A DNA stretch of 64,000 bases from Eledone cirrhosa (Eukaryota). A model generated the notes under the pieces. The model did not search any database. It was not told the origin of the DNA and saw only the letters and a program-made list of their open reading frames with translations. The translations under genes were made by a program, and so were the position numbers. The stretch is from positions 338,148,001 to 338,212,000 of the forward strand of contig OZ024742.1 of the NCBI GenBank assembly GCA_964016885.1. The letters run 5' to 3'. Positions 9,441-22,861 of the stretch are shown here, one piece after another; within the stretch, counting starts at the first letter, position 1; each line of letters begins with the position of its first letter.

Positions 9441-11621
9441 TTCTTCTTTGCCCTCTTATTCCTGAGAGGGGCCGTGGGGGCAGAGTCCTCAAACACTCCT
9501 TCCAGTAGGTCCTGTCAGAAGCAACTGTCTCCAACTGGTTTGGCTGGATCCTCAAGCGCAACCAACCATCTTGCTCAAGGCATACCCCAATGTTTCCTGC
9601 TGGTTGGCTTTGCCTATAAAATCTATCGAGGGATTTTTTTCCTGAGACATTTTAACCACATGCCCATAGTACCGGAGCTGTGATCTCTCAATTCAGAGAA
9701 GTAGCGGCTCTACCTGGAGTGACTCTCTGATCTCCAAGTTACGCTACTCCAAAGTCCCTTCAGAGGAATCTTATTTTGGCCGCTTGTATTCGTGATTCTA
9801 TTCTTACGGTCATTACCCAAGATTCATGACCATAGGTAAGGGTTGGCAAGAATGAAGATTGGCTTTTATGCCTGCCTCCCTTCTATTTACTGAATGCTAA
9901 AGCTGGTGCATTACTGCACCAGCTTTTGCAATTCTTGCACTTAATTCAGCCTCCTGCTTTCCATCACTTGTGAACAAGGCTCCCAAGAGACATCCATAAA
10001 TATACATGGTATAAGGGGAATCAGGAACAGAGATCAATAATTGATTTTGTTATTGTCTCTGATCTCTTGGATTCTGTGCTGAATGTTCATGTTAAGAGAG
10101 GGGCTGAGCTGTCAACTGATCACCATCAAGTTATCTGCAACTTGTCACTACCTAAAGCCAAAGAAGCCATCAAAATGTGATAGGTCCAGGGTGATCTACA
10201 GGATAAAGTGGGAAGCATTGGTGGATAAGGAAGTCAGGACTAGGTATGCAGATACTATTGCATCCAAATTCAGACAACACCCCTGAGGACGTTGAGATGA
10301 GTGGAGATTGTTCAGTGCAGCAGTTTCTGCTTCAGCTGTTAAATGCTGCAGGTGAAAGTGGCTTGGTGTGGCATATGATGGCAGGAGGACCCCCTTGGTT
10401 AAATCAAGAGGTCGAAAGTGCCATCCAAGCAAAGAGGGAGGATTATAAAGCTAGGTTTGGAAATAAGTTCTCCTTGCACTTGCAGTATAAGCAGTCATGA
10501 AGAATCACAGCAGAGACAGTAAAAGCATCCAAAGTTAAGACATGGGAGGACTTTGGGGTTAAGCAGACCATCTGCCGACTTTGTAATAAGATGTCCTCCT
10601 CCACACCTGCTATCAAGAATGCGTCTGGGGTTCTCCTCTCTTGAGAGAGGTGCATCCCTGCAAGATGGAGAGAATACTTTGCTGATCTCCTAAACCCGAT
10701 CATACCAGCATCTTTGGATGTACATGAGGTGCATCTGGGAGCGGTGACTAATCTCTCAGAGACTGAGGTCACAAGAGTTCAAATGTGGCAAAGCTGCTGG
10801 GGAAGATGAAATCCAGCCCGTGATGTTAAAAGCCTTAAATAGAAAAATTATTCTCTGGCTGACTCGTGTGTGTCATGTGGCCTGGATCTTTGGAAAGGCA
10901 CCTAAGCAATGGCAATTTTCAAAAAGGAAGACAAGAGAGATTGTTCCAATTACAGAGGGATCTCCTTGTTAAGTCTCCCCGGTAAAATCTATGCTAAGTG
11001 TCTGGCAAAGAGATGCAGGGAGTTTGTCGGGTCCAAGCTAGCTGATGAACAGTATGGTTTTCACTCAGGACACAGCACAGCCAACCAAGTATTCACACTG
11101 TGACAGGTCTTTGAGAAATTGTGGAGGTATTGCCAAGATGTATATTCTTGTTTTGGCAACCTTGAAAAGGCCTATGACCATGTTCCTCGGGACATGCTGT
11201 GGAAGGTTCTGAAGGTGTATGGGATTGATGTCAGCTTCTTGCTGCCCTGGTGTCTCTATACGAATGCCTGAGTATTTGTGTTTGGATAAATGGTGCTAAA
11301 TTGAAACCATTCAGTGTGGGAGTCGGACTCCACCAAGGGTGTGTACTGTCACTTCTCCTGTTTATTATTTTTATGAACAGGATTGACATGCACAGCCGGG
11401 TTGGAATGACTGGCGGGTGTAAAATCAGTAGGCTGGAATTTGCAAACAACATGGTATTACTTAACTCGACTTGCACTTGATAGGTTTGATTCTGAGTGCT
11501 GCATGGCTGAAATGAAAATCAGTGCTGCGAAAACTGAGATACTCTTCTTCTTAAGGAATCCTTGGCTATGCACTCTACAATGGAGTTCCAATGAAGCAGG
11601 TAGAGAAGTTCAATTACCTTG
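9441..11621 (-). mobile_element. RTE LINE (Expander/Rex3-like) with inverted 5' portion
   Basis: Minus strand 9988->9441 encodes LGALFTSDG...IERSQLRYYGHV...LPPRP and a GAAGAA tail. Plus strand 9990-11621 encodes the APE end (HKYTWY..IDFVIV) and RT (NYRGISLLS, GLHQGCVLS) up to VEKFNYL. Confidence 0.85.
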
Positions 11622-13344
11622 ATAAAGTTAGTTATATTACTATATTCTTCCTAGTTTTTAAATATTTTCAAAATTAGTTGAAAATCATAAACAGTGTCTT
11701 TCATTAGAAATATGGTTAATGTAAGTAATTTACAACTCATATCTGTAAGATAAGAAATTGGGAGCTCATATTTGGTATCAAAGTCCATAAGTTTTACATT
11801 TCTTCCAATCGTTGACCTTATCGTTCCAAATGTTGACCTTATCGACTACTTACATATAAAAGTATCATCATTATATTACACCCATTTTTCCATGTTGGAT
11901 AAGACTCTGATGCAGTGTTTTACAATCAGATACCTTTCCTGGGCTATCTCTTTTAGTCAACTTTACAGAGAGGAATTATGCCCACCTTGATAGCCTTCTT
12001 CTCAAAGTCCATTCATAGGAGTATGAGGGAAAATACCTGGAGAAGGTGGAAAACTCAGAGGAAACAGCAGTATACACCCAAATGTTTTTTTTAACGCTAT
12101 ATATATTCACTAACTGGACAAAGATCTGTAAAACCATAGTGGTAGTGCCACAATGAAATGCACCCAGTACACTCTGTAAAGTGGAAGTGCTAGTGTCATG
12201 ATAAGATGTACCTAGTACACTGTAAAGTGGTAGTGTGGATGCCACAATAAAATGGAACATGCACGCAAGATTCTTTAATCCATCCAACCCATTTCAACAT
12301 GGAAAACGATGTAAAATGAAGAAGAGGAAAGTCTTTGTACCTGGAGTGAAATCAAACAAAGGTGTATTTGAAGCTTCTTTTCAAGTAATGACAACTGCAA
12401 TGCTGCCCACCTTAATTCAAACTCTACCTGTTCAACTTTATCATAGGGAATGCTATTCACAACTGAGCTTCATTAAAATTCAGGTGTCCCATATTTCATG
12501 GCCATATCTACGACACAACATCATCGCCACTAATGACCAACACACTACTAAAACTACCAAGCTCTATAAACACATAGCATATGATCTCTTGTAGTTTCTA
12601 CATATATCCCAGAGTTTATGATCTGGTCTCTTCCAATCATCATTTCCTCAATAACACCAATTCTCACCTATTAGATGCCATATGTCCAAGATTCTGTTTG
12701 GGAAAAAGTGACATCAGTGGGTCTCAAATCCTCATCCAACCATTAGTCAGGTGCTGGCTACTGAGCTATACCTCATCAGCCTTCATCACAAGGATGAAAC
12801 TGCTGGCCATCAGAGATCCTTCTAGACAAACTGCTAACTGAGGCTAATGAACTCTGTCTACCTGTTTTTTTTTGTTTTTTGGGGGAGGTTACACACTGGA
12901 TGACACTCCTGAATCTATTTCAGTCCCATATATTCTACCTTGTGAATACAAATTATGTCAGAACTGACACAACTCTGATCCTTCATCCTTCACTCTATAT
13001 TCTTTTATAAACATTTGACACTTGATTGCAGCAACGTTTCCAAAGGTTTATAATTGCCTGTAAACTTCTACGATTACACCTGTCACTCTTTGGAGGTAGT
13101 ATGTTTTGAATTTGACACCTGTCTCTCTTTGGAGGTAATGTATTTTTAATTTGATCTTAAAAACAATTGGAAATTTTTTAGTTTTTAGTGAACCCCTTTC
13201 CCCCCACGCCGTTGTCAATTATTTTTTGCCCTGAAAATAGTTCTCCTTTTAATCCTGTACGTCATTTGTAAATAAATGCTGAACAGAGCTAAGTTATTAA
13301 AATATTTTCATTTTTAATCACTTCTCGAGTTACTCTCTTCTCTC

Positions 13345-13812
13345 GAAGTTACACATTCTATCAAGTAAGGATACTCTAAAGAACCTTCGGAGGGACGCTA
13401 TTTTGGCCACTTGTATTCATGGTCTTATTCTTTCTATCATTACTTAAGATTCGTGACTGTAGGTAAGGGTAGACAGGAATACCAAATTAAAAGCATTGTT
13501 TGATTTTTACACTTACTTCCCTTTTTCTGACAACTGAGCACTCAAGCTAGTGCATTATTGCACTAGCTCCAGCAATTCTTGCATTTATTTCAGGCTCATG
13601 CCCTCCATCACTTGTGAAAATGGCCCCAAGATACTTGAACTTCACCTGCTTTAGTGTACTTCCACTCGTAGAGTGCATTGGACAGGTTTTCTCAATAACA
13701 CAAGTGTCTCAGTCTTTGCAGTACTGATTTTCATTCCTGTCATGCAGCACTCATCAGTAAACCTATGCAGTGCATGTTGGAGATGACCTTTCTACGAGTT
13801 AAATAGCACCAA
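13345..13812 (-). mobile_element. Decayed RTE (Expander-like) fragment
   Basis: Minus-strand KQVKFKYLGAIFTSDG, homologous to the 9.4-11.6 kb element. Another small piece lies at ~14150-14358. Confidence 0.7.
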
Positions 13813-14361
13813 TCCTGGATTCCCTAAACTGAATACTGCTGTCGTCATTATTGGTGACACAAGTTCACTGATATATATATATATTTTAGATGATCCCACT
13901 TAGGGTGAAATCCATTGCTTAAACTCTTTTAATCTGTACTAATTATATATGTTTTGAAGCATACTCCTGCATGACCCATAAAGTTTTAATGTGGTCAACT
14001 TTATGGTTAATACAGGGACATGGCTTGAAACCTAAGATAGCAATCAACTGTGTCAAGCAGACAATGATATATATATCATCACCATCTACCATCTATTTTC
14101 CATGCTTTCATGGGTTAGATAGGTTGTCACATTATGAGGCTAGCACATGTAGTGTGCACTGTGTAGGCTTCCATGAGAGGACAAGTGTCTCAGTTTTTGT
14201 AGCACTGATTTTCATTCCAGCCATGCAACAATCGGCATCAAACCTATCAAGTATAAGTCAGAGATTTGCTTCTGTTGAGTTAAGTAACACCATGTCGACT
14301 GTAAATTCCAGCCGACTGATTTTACTCTCGATACCACTTCCACCCAAGCTGCACATGTAAA

Positions 14362-14566
14362 TAATGATTTCTACTATAGGCACAAGGCCAGCAATTTTTG
14401 AGAGGAGGAAAGTCGATTAAATTGCCCCCAGTGCATTACTGGTGCTTTATTTTATCGACCCTGTAAGGATGAAAGGCAAAGCTAACCTCGGCAGGATTTG
14501 GACTCAGATCATAAAGGGCCGTAATTCTATGCTACAAAGCATGGTGTCCGATGCTCTACCGATTCT
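14362..14566 (-). mobile_element. tRNA-derived SINE with Deu/Nin-like central domain
   Basis: Reverse complement contains GAGTCCAAATCC (B-box-like) and CTTTGCCTTTCATCCTTACAGGGTCGATAAAATAAAG. Family copies at 17024-17228, 23985-24197, 37108-37320, 60110-60296 and 61027-61212. Confidence 0.85.
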
Positions 14567-15349
14567 GAAGGTAACAGTACGTACCTTTGAGTTATCTACT
14601 ATATGAATGGCAATTTCTATCTGTCTGTGTGTAACCATTTGGCGTCTAAACCAGTGATCCAATCCTGATAAAACTTTACACAAGTTAATTGAGCTAATAT
14701 TCAGGAACAGGATTGGGGACATTAAACCCTTCCTCCAACTACTCCCCTTTCTCCTACCACAACTCAGTCCTCCAAAACGAGGCAACAACGTATTTGTTTT
14801 TTTTTTGTTTTTCATTCTGAAGAGAAAGAGAGGGGATGAGAGCGAGAAAGAGAGCCATAGAAAGAAAACAGAAAAATGATAGAATAGTTCGATAAATAAC
14901 TTTTATTTTTTTTTTTTTAAAACGCTTCTTAACTAACTTCTTTCTTAACGTTACTTCTCTTTCTCTCTTTCACAAAAGTTGTAATGAGACTGTGTGTATG
15001 TGTATGTGTGTCTCAGTGTTCTTAAATTAGAGACGTGTGTGTGTGTTCATCACTGTACTTAAGTTAGAGACATATATATCCCAGTCTACTGTCTCGTGTA
15101 TGTATGTATATATATATATATATATATGAAGCAAAAAGGAAAGGATGTATGCGACACCTCGATCTACTAGAAATATTAGCAAAATCCATTTCAAATCACA
15201 GCGAATAGTCTTACACACACAAACATGCATGTGTATGCATGTATGTCATGGAAGCCACTATAACTGTTGGTGTACCTAAAAGAAATAGAAAACAAATCTC
15301 CCTCAAACAAGATCCTACTGCCATAGAGGTAAAAGCTAGTGCAAAAGTT

Positions 15350-15560
15350 TTAATTAACACAGGCTCTGCTGCACTTTGGGCTAAGGAGCGTAAACTCTCC
15401 AAATATCGGTTGCTTTCTAACAGGTTTGTTGTTGAGCCCTTAGCAATGGAGACTTCTGGTGTCCTTGGCCCTAGGGCTACCTCCCAACTCACCACCATCG
15501 GCACAGAGTTGGCTATCCGCAGGGGTGAACCTCGCAAGTCGGAATGGATTTTCCAGTGTC
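15350..15560 (+). mobile_element. CRE-clade-like non-LTR retrotransposon restriction-like endonuclease fragment
   Basis: GSAALWAKERKLSKYRLLSNRFVVEPLAMETSGVLGP...GEPRKSEWIFQ matches the K.SKY..F.P.A.ET.G..GP pattern of RLE C-termini. Confidence 0.7.
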
Positions 15561-17023
15561 TCCCTCACCATCCTCTATTCCGACCGCCTGGGCTGATGGG
15601 AGGCCAGCGCATGGGCCCCCTTTTGCTCATAATAGGGAGATCGGGAAAGATGGCGGTAGTGACAGTGGGAGTTTGGTTCCTGGTGTATATGTATATATTT
15701 ACCATACTTATACACATTCAAATAAACTTTTCTGAATTACAGAAATGAGTAAGTAAATTCTTCATTCATTCATAAACCAATGGTAAATTTTTTATTTTGT
15801 TTATGCATTTTAAAATAGCCTTCACATTTTATTTGATTCTCAGAAGTTCTGATTGTGCAAAAAAAAAAAGGATAAATAAAATTTTAATTTATTTTTTTGG
15901 TCATGCCCTTTTCACTGACAACATACCTAATGATACTTCCAAGTGCGAAGCATTATATATGCTGACTGTAATAGGGAGCAGTATTTAAAAAAATCACCAC
16001 TGGACAAAACTAATATTTTTATCTACATGATTTGCTTTAAACAAACGGCAATAAATATTCTGTTATAATTCCTACTTTAGTTAAAATTCAGCAATCATAT
16101 TTCAATCGTCAAATTTTGTAAATTTAATAAAATACCCGGGAATCACCAGGTAGTTGAAATATAAAATTAAAAGAAAAATACTTTAACTATTGAAAATGAA
16201 AATTAAACTTCAGAATAATCAATAGAGTTAAAGTGCGTATGGGTGAGGTGATGGAAGATGTAGAGAAATAGTTGAAAGATTATATTAGATAAGTGATTCA
16301 ATATGTCTTGCCATTAAGACTTGATTGAAGTTTTGATTCAAGTAGAGTTGAGTAAAGTGGGTTATACCCAAGAATGTGGGTTTAGCCTGTTTGATGAGTT
16401 CTTGGCAAAGCTAGTCATACCAACTAAAAAAAATAAAACAAATATGAAAGTAACTATTGAATTTATTTGTAATTCTGAGTTATAAAATATTATTTAAATC
16501 ATCAGATGTTTTGTATTAAGAATGATCATAACAAATGGAATCAGTAATGTGATAAATTATAAGGTGTTTGTGTTGCAGATATATCGTTATAAGTTGAAAT
16601 AAGCAAAGTTTATAAACTATTCTTGCCATGTGTATCAAGAAGCTTGCAAACAGGAAAGACAGATAGTGAAACTGGTTAAAGTGTGAGTGCATAGAATTTG
16701 AGAAGGTAACATGACAGCTTATCTGTGTCTCTGGCCAAGAATGACCAACAAAAGCTAGCAGTAATTTAGGTGAATGTTCTTGTACAGGAACTTGAAATAC
16801 GAAATAGGCAGGCTGAATATGTGAATGTAGATGTGTGATAGAGTAAAATGTGTTGCCAATACCGTCATTTATATTAGCTTGCATCAGGACACTTGGCCAG
16901 AAATGAATATTAACACAACAAATGAATAAATAAAAATAGCACAATATCTGTACAGAGGAAATATAGAATATAAATCACTGAGTGGGAAATATGGGAGAAA
17001 TTATTGTCACACATAAACATATA

Positions 17024-17228
17024 TAATGGTTTCTTATATAGGCACAAGGCCAGTCATTTTTAGGGAGGGGGAAATCGATTAAATCGAACTCGATGCGTGA
17101 CTCGTACTTTATTTTATCAACCAAGTAAGGATGGAAGGCAAAGCTAACTTCGGCAGGATTTGAACTCAGAATGGCAAGGGCCGTAACTCTATGTGTCAAA
17201 GAATGGCGTCCGACCCTCTACCGATACT
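17024..17228 (-). mobile_element. tRNA-derived SINE (Deu/Nin-like domain)
   Basis: Same family as 14362-14566; GGATTTGAACTCAG is the B-box on the reverse strand. Confidence 0.8.
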
Positions 17229-17572
17229 GCAGTATATGATAACCATCATTTACGTAATTCTGTCTTACCTAATCTCCTTCTCATCACATGCCTGACCCTC
17301 GTTCCTGGGTTCACCAGACTACGCCTTTCTCTCTCTCTCACTTTTCCACCCTTACATTTCATACACGATTCTCCTTTCTTATTACTTCACACTTTCCCTC
17401 TTTCTCTTTTTTTCTCCCTCACCTTATTTACTGCGGAATTATATGTTTATTTACTTCCGCCCTCCATTACATTTCCTTAATTCTCAGTCAAAATATTTTG
17501 GTCTGAAATTTTACATCTTTTCAGTTCTCACCTTTCTGATATAAAGTATCTTTATCTGAAATATATTATCTG

Positions 17573-18346
17573 GGCGATATCCAATTTTAGCTGTCTAAAT
17601 GCCGCTTACTTGCTGCAGTTGCTGCTTACTTCAATGTATGAGGCTATTCCAACAAATTTACATTCCCCCTTTTTTTAGCCGTTAAAAGAAATATAGATTT
17701 ATTTATTTTTATTTTTTTGCGATTTATTTGCCACTGGGGCATAGATTTCTTTATTTGCTCCTTTTTTGTTTTTTTGCGATTTATTAGCCTTTTGGGGTCA
17801 CACACGCCCCCGTAGAAAGTGTGCGACCTTTCTGCCAGGGAGCACAGAGAGAGGGGGGTGCTCCCTTCTTCTCTTACCTGTACAAGCCGATATAGAGAGA
17901 TGGCCCACGTACACGGGCCATTATTGCTACTTTCACCCATCTTTCATGGAATTGGCTGGGACTGAGTGCCTTTTTCGGGTGAAAGTAGCAATAATGGCCC
18001 GTGTAAGTGGGCCATCTCTCTATACCGGCTTGTACAGGTAAGAGAAGAAGGGAGCACCCCTCTCTCTCTGTACTCCCTGGCAGAAAGGTCGCACACTTTC
18101 TACGGGGGTGTGTGTGACCCCAAAAGGCTAATAAATCGCAAAAAAACAAACAAACAAAAAAGGGGCAAATAAAGAAATCTATGCCCCAGTGGCAAATAAA
18201 TCGCAAAAAAAAAAAAAAAAATCTATATTTCTTTTAACGGCTAAAAAAAAGGGGAATGTAAATTTGTTGGAATAGCCTCATACATTGAAGTAAGCAGCAA
18301 CTGCAGCAAGTAAGCGGCATTTAGACAGCTAAAATTGGATATCGCC
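17573..18346. mobile_element. 774-bp foldback MITE with ~370-bp TIRs and 8-bp TSD (Merlin-like)
   Basis: GGCGATATCC...GGATATCGCC termini; arms 17573-17938 and 17977-18346; TSD ATTATCTG at 17565-17572 and 18347-18354. Paralogous empty sites at ~33506 and ~46880 have a single ATTATCTG. Confidence 0.93.
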
Positions 18347-18724
18347 ATTATCTGTCCCACACGGAACATATGAGATTAACAATAGAGAAATATTTGAATT
18401 GAAAAACTATCGGAGGAACATACGAAGAAGAGGTTAGTAATTTTGAAAGAAGTTATTTGTGAAATTTTATTAATAAACGTGAATTGTTGGTGATATTCTG
18501 TGTAACTTACAACATATAAATATATATGAATAAATAATCTACAAAGGATCAACGTGACAACATCAGTTTCATTAACTAAATTACATTTGTTCCACCTCGA
18601 CTCTATTTTATCAACATTGGCCGCCAATTATGTTATCAAACCAACTCCTTTCTCTTCCCAATTGTCTTATATATAGGATATTATATTCTCTTCCAAATTA
18701 TATATATGATATATGATATTATGT

Positions 18725-20330
18725 TTATGAAGGCCAAACTTTGCCAATTCCTTCCTGAGCTGGTTGATCGAGTTGGTGAATAAGGTTGTTCCAGAAAGCA
18801 ATGCCAGAAACTCGTTCACAGACCTTGGTCATCAGATAGTCGATGTCACCGTTGAAGAGATCAGAGGCAAACATGCCCTTTCTGAAACTGCTGTTGATGG
18901 GGTCCCAGATGGAGTCCTTCCCGTTCATCCACATGCAACTCTTGGCACTGCTATAGAACCGTTGGAGCAGGGTGGTGTGCCGATGAGGCTGAGAATTTTC
19001 AAGAAGGATGCGTGGTCGACCATGTCGAAAACTGCGTTGTGTCAGCGAAAGAAACATATAGGTCCCGATGATTGTGGAATTCCCAAAGTCTATTAATAAT
19101 GAAACGAAGGATTGAAATGTGGGTCGGTGGTAGATCAATTTGGCAGGAATCTGGCTTGTTGTAGGTGACGTCTGCTTCTAATGGCTGGAAGAGAATGGCT
19201 GAGAAGGATCTTGGTGAAGGGCTTGCTCAGGTTAGGGAAGAGGGTGATTCCCGTGTGGTTGTTACAGATGAGTTTGTCACCCTTCCATTTCCAGAAAGGG
19301 AGGATGATGCCCCACTGTCCAGTCATTTGTGAGCTGCTCCGACACCTATATATAGTTGATGATGCGTGAGACTCACTGGTTCATTATCTCCATCCTCCTT
19401 CAACATCTCCACAGCAGATTCCAAGGGGTTTGTGGTTGTTGAGCTTCTGGACAGCACTGACTTTGTTAGGGGTGACAGGATTGAGACAGCAAGTGTGATT
19501 GCTTGTAGCTGTCTTCGATGATGGCTAGGCTGGGAACGATTGGGATGGGTTAGGTAATGAAGAAAGCTGAAGAAATCTTTCCAGGATTCTAGATGGGCAG
19601 TTTCTCTAGTGATAATGTTGAGGTTAGTATTCATTACCAGAGCTGTCTTTATCTGGTGACCAACACGGGCAATGCGAAGTGTGTGACTGAGGTTGTTGTT
19701 CCTTGCCTCTGTCACCAAGCACGTGTCTTCTTTCTCTGAGAACTTCTCCCAGTCATCTGTGATGATCTTGTTGAATATCTGGTTGAGCCAGCAGTACTCG
19801 TGTTGCTATGCAGGTGGGTATGTGATGTCAGTTGATTATCTCCATCTACCTGGACTCCACAATCACCAACATTGGAGACCTGACCCCATATGCAGATGTG
19901 ATCTAGCCATCGGGTTTATGCATTCCCTACAGAAGCCTCATACCACTGCTCTATGTTCTGGAAGACGAAGCTCCATATCTACAATGCTTCGGTCTGTTCA
20001 CTATGGAACAGAAACGTGGCCCCTCACAAAAAGGATCAACAGTTGCATGCGCACACACATTAGCCTTCAATCCCCCTCTCTCAGAGACATCTGCTGCATG
20101 CGTTGGTACACATGTCGTCTGCCTTCTGCCAGATCATACTAGAAGTGCCTTACTCTCGTTTACTGCAGCAGCTGAGGGTTGGAAGAGTCCTGCACAAAAT
20201 GGCTAGATGTACCAAAAACTAGTGCAAGGAACTGCGGCGATCGGTGTCAGAGTTGTGGGGCTATGCACCAGTTGCAGTTCTCTGGAATCCGCTTCCTTTG
20301 TTTGCATAAACAGAACTGTGTCAAATTCTT
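18725..20330 (-). mobile_element. Old decayed RTE-like LINE remnant, partly rearranged (copies at ~34100-35450 and ~47550-50160)
   Basis: Degenerate RT-like pieces (NNHTGITL, IDFGNS, SDLFN..IDYLM) shared by all three duplication units. Confidence 0.6.
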
Positions 20331-22861
20331 ATGTATAAATGTATAAAGGGGCGGGTGGTTAGGGCACTCAATCACACAGCACAAAAGGGACTGGAATTTT
20401 CATCACCATTGCTTCCTTTTCTTGTCATTTTTGTTGAAGTTGTTCTTGTAACTGTTGTCATAGTTGACGTTGCCCTTAGTTTCATTTTCTTGGATTTCTT
20501 TCGTTTTTCTTTTATCTCCCTAGGGATTGTTGACAAGCTTCTTTTTCTTCATTCAAATGCATTCACACCGGCTGTTTTAGAAATGTACAAATATGGCTTA
20601 TAAAATTTACCAAAGGAAAGAGTCTACCAGCGCCTCCACCGTTGAGAACCTTTCATATAAATAGCCAAATTTCTTAAGCAACAGTCACAAAACCACTGGA
20701 TTTCAGTATCTTCTATATATAATAAAAAAAGATCAGATTCTTTTTACCAATCCTTATTTCAGCCTAGTATAAACATCCACCCCACCACATAAACCCTGTT
20801 TTATTTTGTCTTGCTTTAATTATTTTACTTATTATTATAATCAGTATTCCTATATTGCCATACTTAAACAGTACCTGATTTGAAGATCTTCCAGTTTTCA
20901 GTCTTGTCCTTGGCCAAAGTACTGAAGTAATAGGTGATAAAACACATCAATGTAGACGTGATTGTTGGGATCATAGAGACAGGATGAAGTAAGGTGGAAC
21001 TGGTGGCAGGATCTGCCTGCACCTTCAACTTCAGTGTCGCAGCTAGAAATTAGTGAGTATTGCTGACTTCAGCAGTCCAGTTTCTTTTGGTCAGTGTCGT
21101 TACAGGTTGAGGGTTCGTTGTTCGTCCTCTGCAGAAGAGTTTGATGATGGTGCTGCTGTCAAACTGACACATCGCATCTCACCATTTGTCTGGAACCTCC
21201 CACCGGGTTTGAAAAATAAACTCAAGTGTGGCAATTTGAAAATTGCCCCACTGGTAACTTTTCATGAAGCATTTCACTGAAATATTCAGGACTAAGATCG
21301 TGTACAATTTTGAATGTTATCAGAAGGATTTAAAATATTATTTAGGCTTTTATAGGAAGCCAGTGAAGAGTCACAATAAACTCAGAAGTATGACCTTATT
21401 TCTTTCTAACAAATATCCTAGCTGTTGTATTCTAAATCAGTTGCAGTCTTATTTGATGTTTAGGTTAATTATATAGTAACACATTACCATTGTTCAGTCT
21501 GTCTGGTAAATAGGACTTTAGTCATTTGAGTATGCCTGTTACTCCAAAGTGTTTCTCCATCTTGTTGAGTACAATTTTGTAGTCAATGTAATCCTTCAGT
21601 TGTGAAGGGCACGAAAACCTCCCTAGTGTTGGTGATATACATGATAAACACACCCAGTATTTACTGTAATGTGTTTGGTGATATGAAGGGTATCCAGCTG
21701 TAGAAAGCTGGCTAAACAAAGGTTTAGGAGGTCCCTCTTATTGTGTCCAAGACAGGACAACCTCCCTAGTCCTGGAGCCATGATAAAATGTACTTGGGTG
21801 AGATGTAGACACCTGGCCTGTCTGGGAGCTCAGTAGTGACTCAGTTTGTGAAAAGCTGTCCAACTCTTGGTAGTAGAGAAATGGATGTTAGATCATTATA
21901 CTAATAAACAGTTAGGAATTTACAGATACAGATCAATCAGGTACTGTTTATTTCTGTCTTATGAATTTTATATCCTAAGTATGGCAATATAGGAATACTG
22001 ATTATAATAATTCTCTTGATACATTAGGATTTAATAATGAGTAAAAAAATTAAAGCAAGACAAAATAAAACAGGATTTATGTGGTGGGGGTGGATGTTTA
22101 TACTAGGCTAAAATAAGGATTGGTAAAAAGAATCACCTTAAGACACTCCCAAAACTAACAAACAAGTTCTGTACAATCAGATCTGATCTTTTTTGATTAT
22201 ATATAGAAGATACTGAAATCCAGTGGTATATTGTTTTGTGACTGTTGCTTAAGAAATTTGGCTATTTAGATGAAAGGTTCTCAACGATGGGGGCGCTGGA
22301 AGGCTCTTTCCTTTGGTAAACTTTATAAGCCATATTTGTACATTTCTGAGACAGCTGGTGTGAATGCATTTGAATGAAGAAAACGAAGAAAATAGATAAA
22401 AGAATCTTGTCAACGAATTCCCTAGGGAGATAAATAAAAGAAATCAAAGAAAATGAAAATAAGGGAAACGTCAACTATGACAACAGTTACAAAAACAATT
22501 CAACAGAAATGACAAGAAAAAGAAGCAATGGTGATGAAGGGTGTGGGTGTATACTTATACGTGCATACATACGTATGAACATACACACACATGCATTCGT
22601 ACATACATACGTACCCATATATACCCACACAGGCCAGCATTGGTGTTTGATGAGGTTGAAAAACTGGTAGTTAATCTCCCTAAGTAATAAAATCTGGAGA
22701 CAAAATTCTCTCCTTACCAAAAAAAACATAAAACATGTCAACATCCTTATAGACACATATACACACACTTAAATATAAGTGCATGCATATATACAAATAT
22801 ATAAATGTATAGCTATATACATATGTAAATGTATGTATGTATGTAGATTTATATATATATA

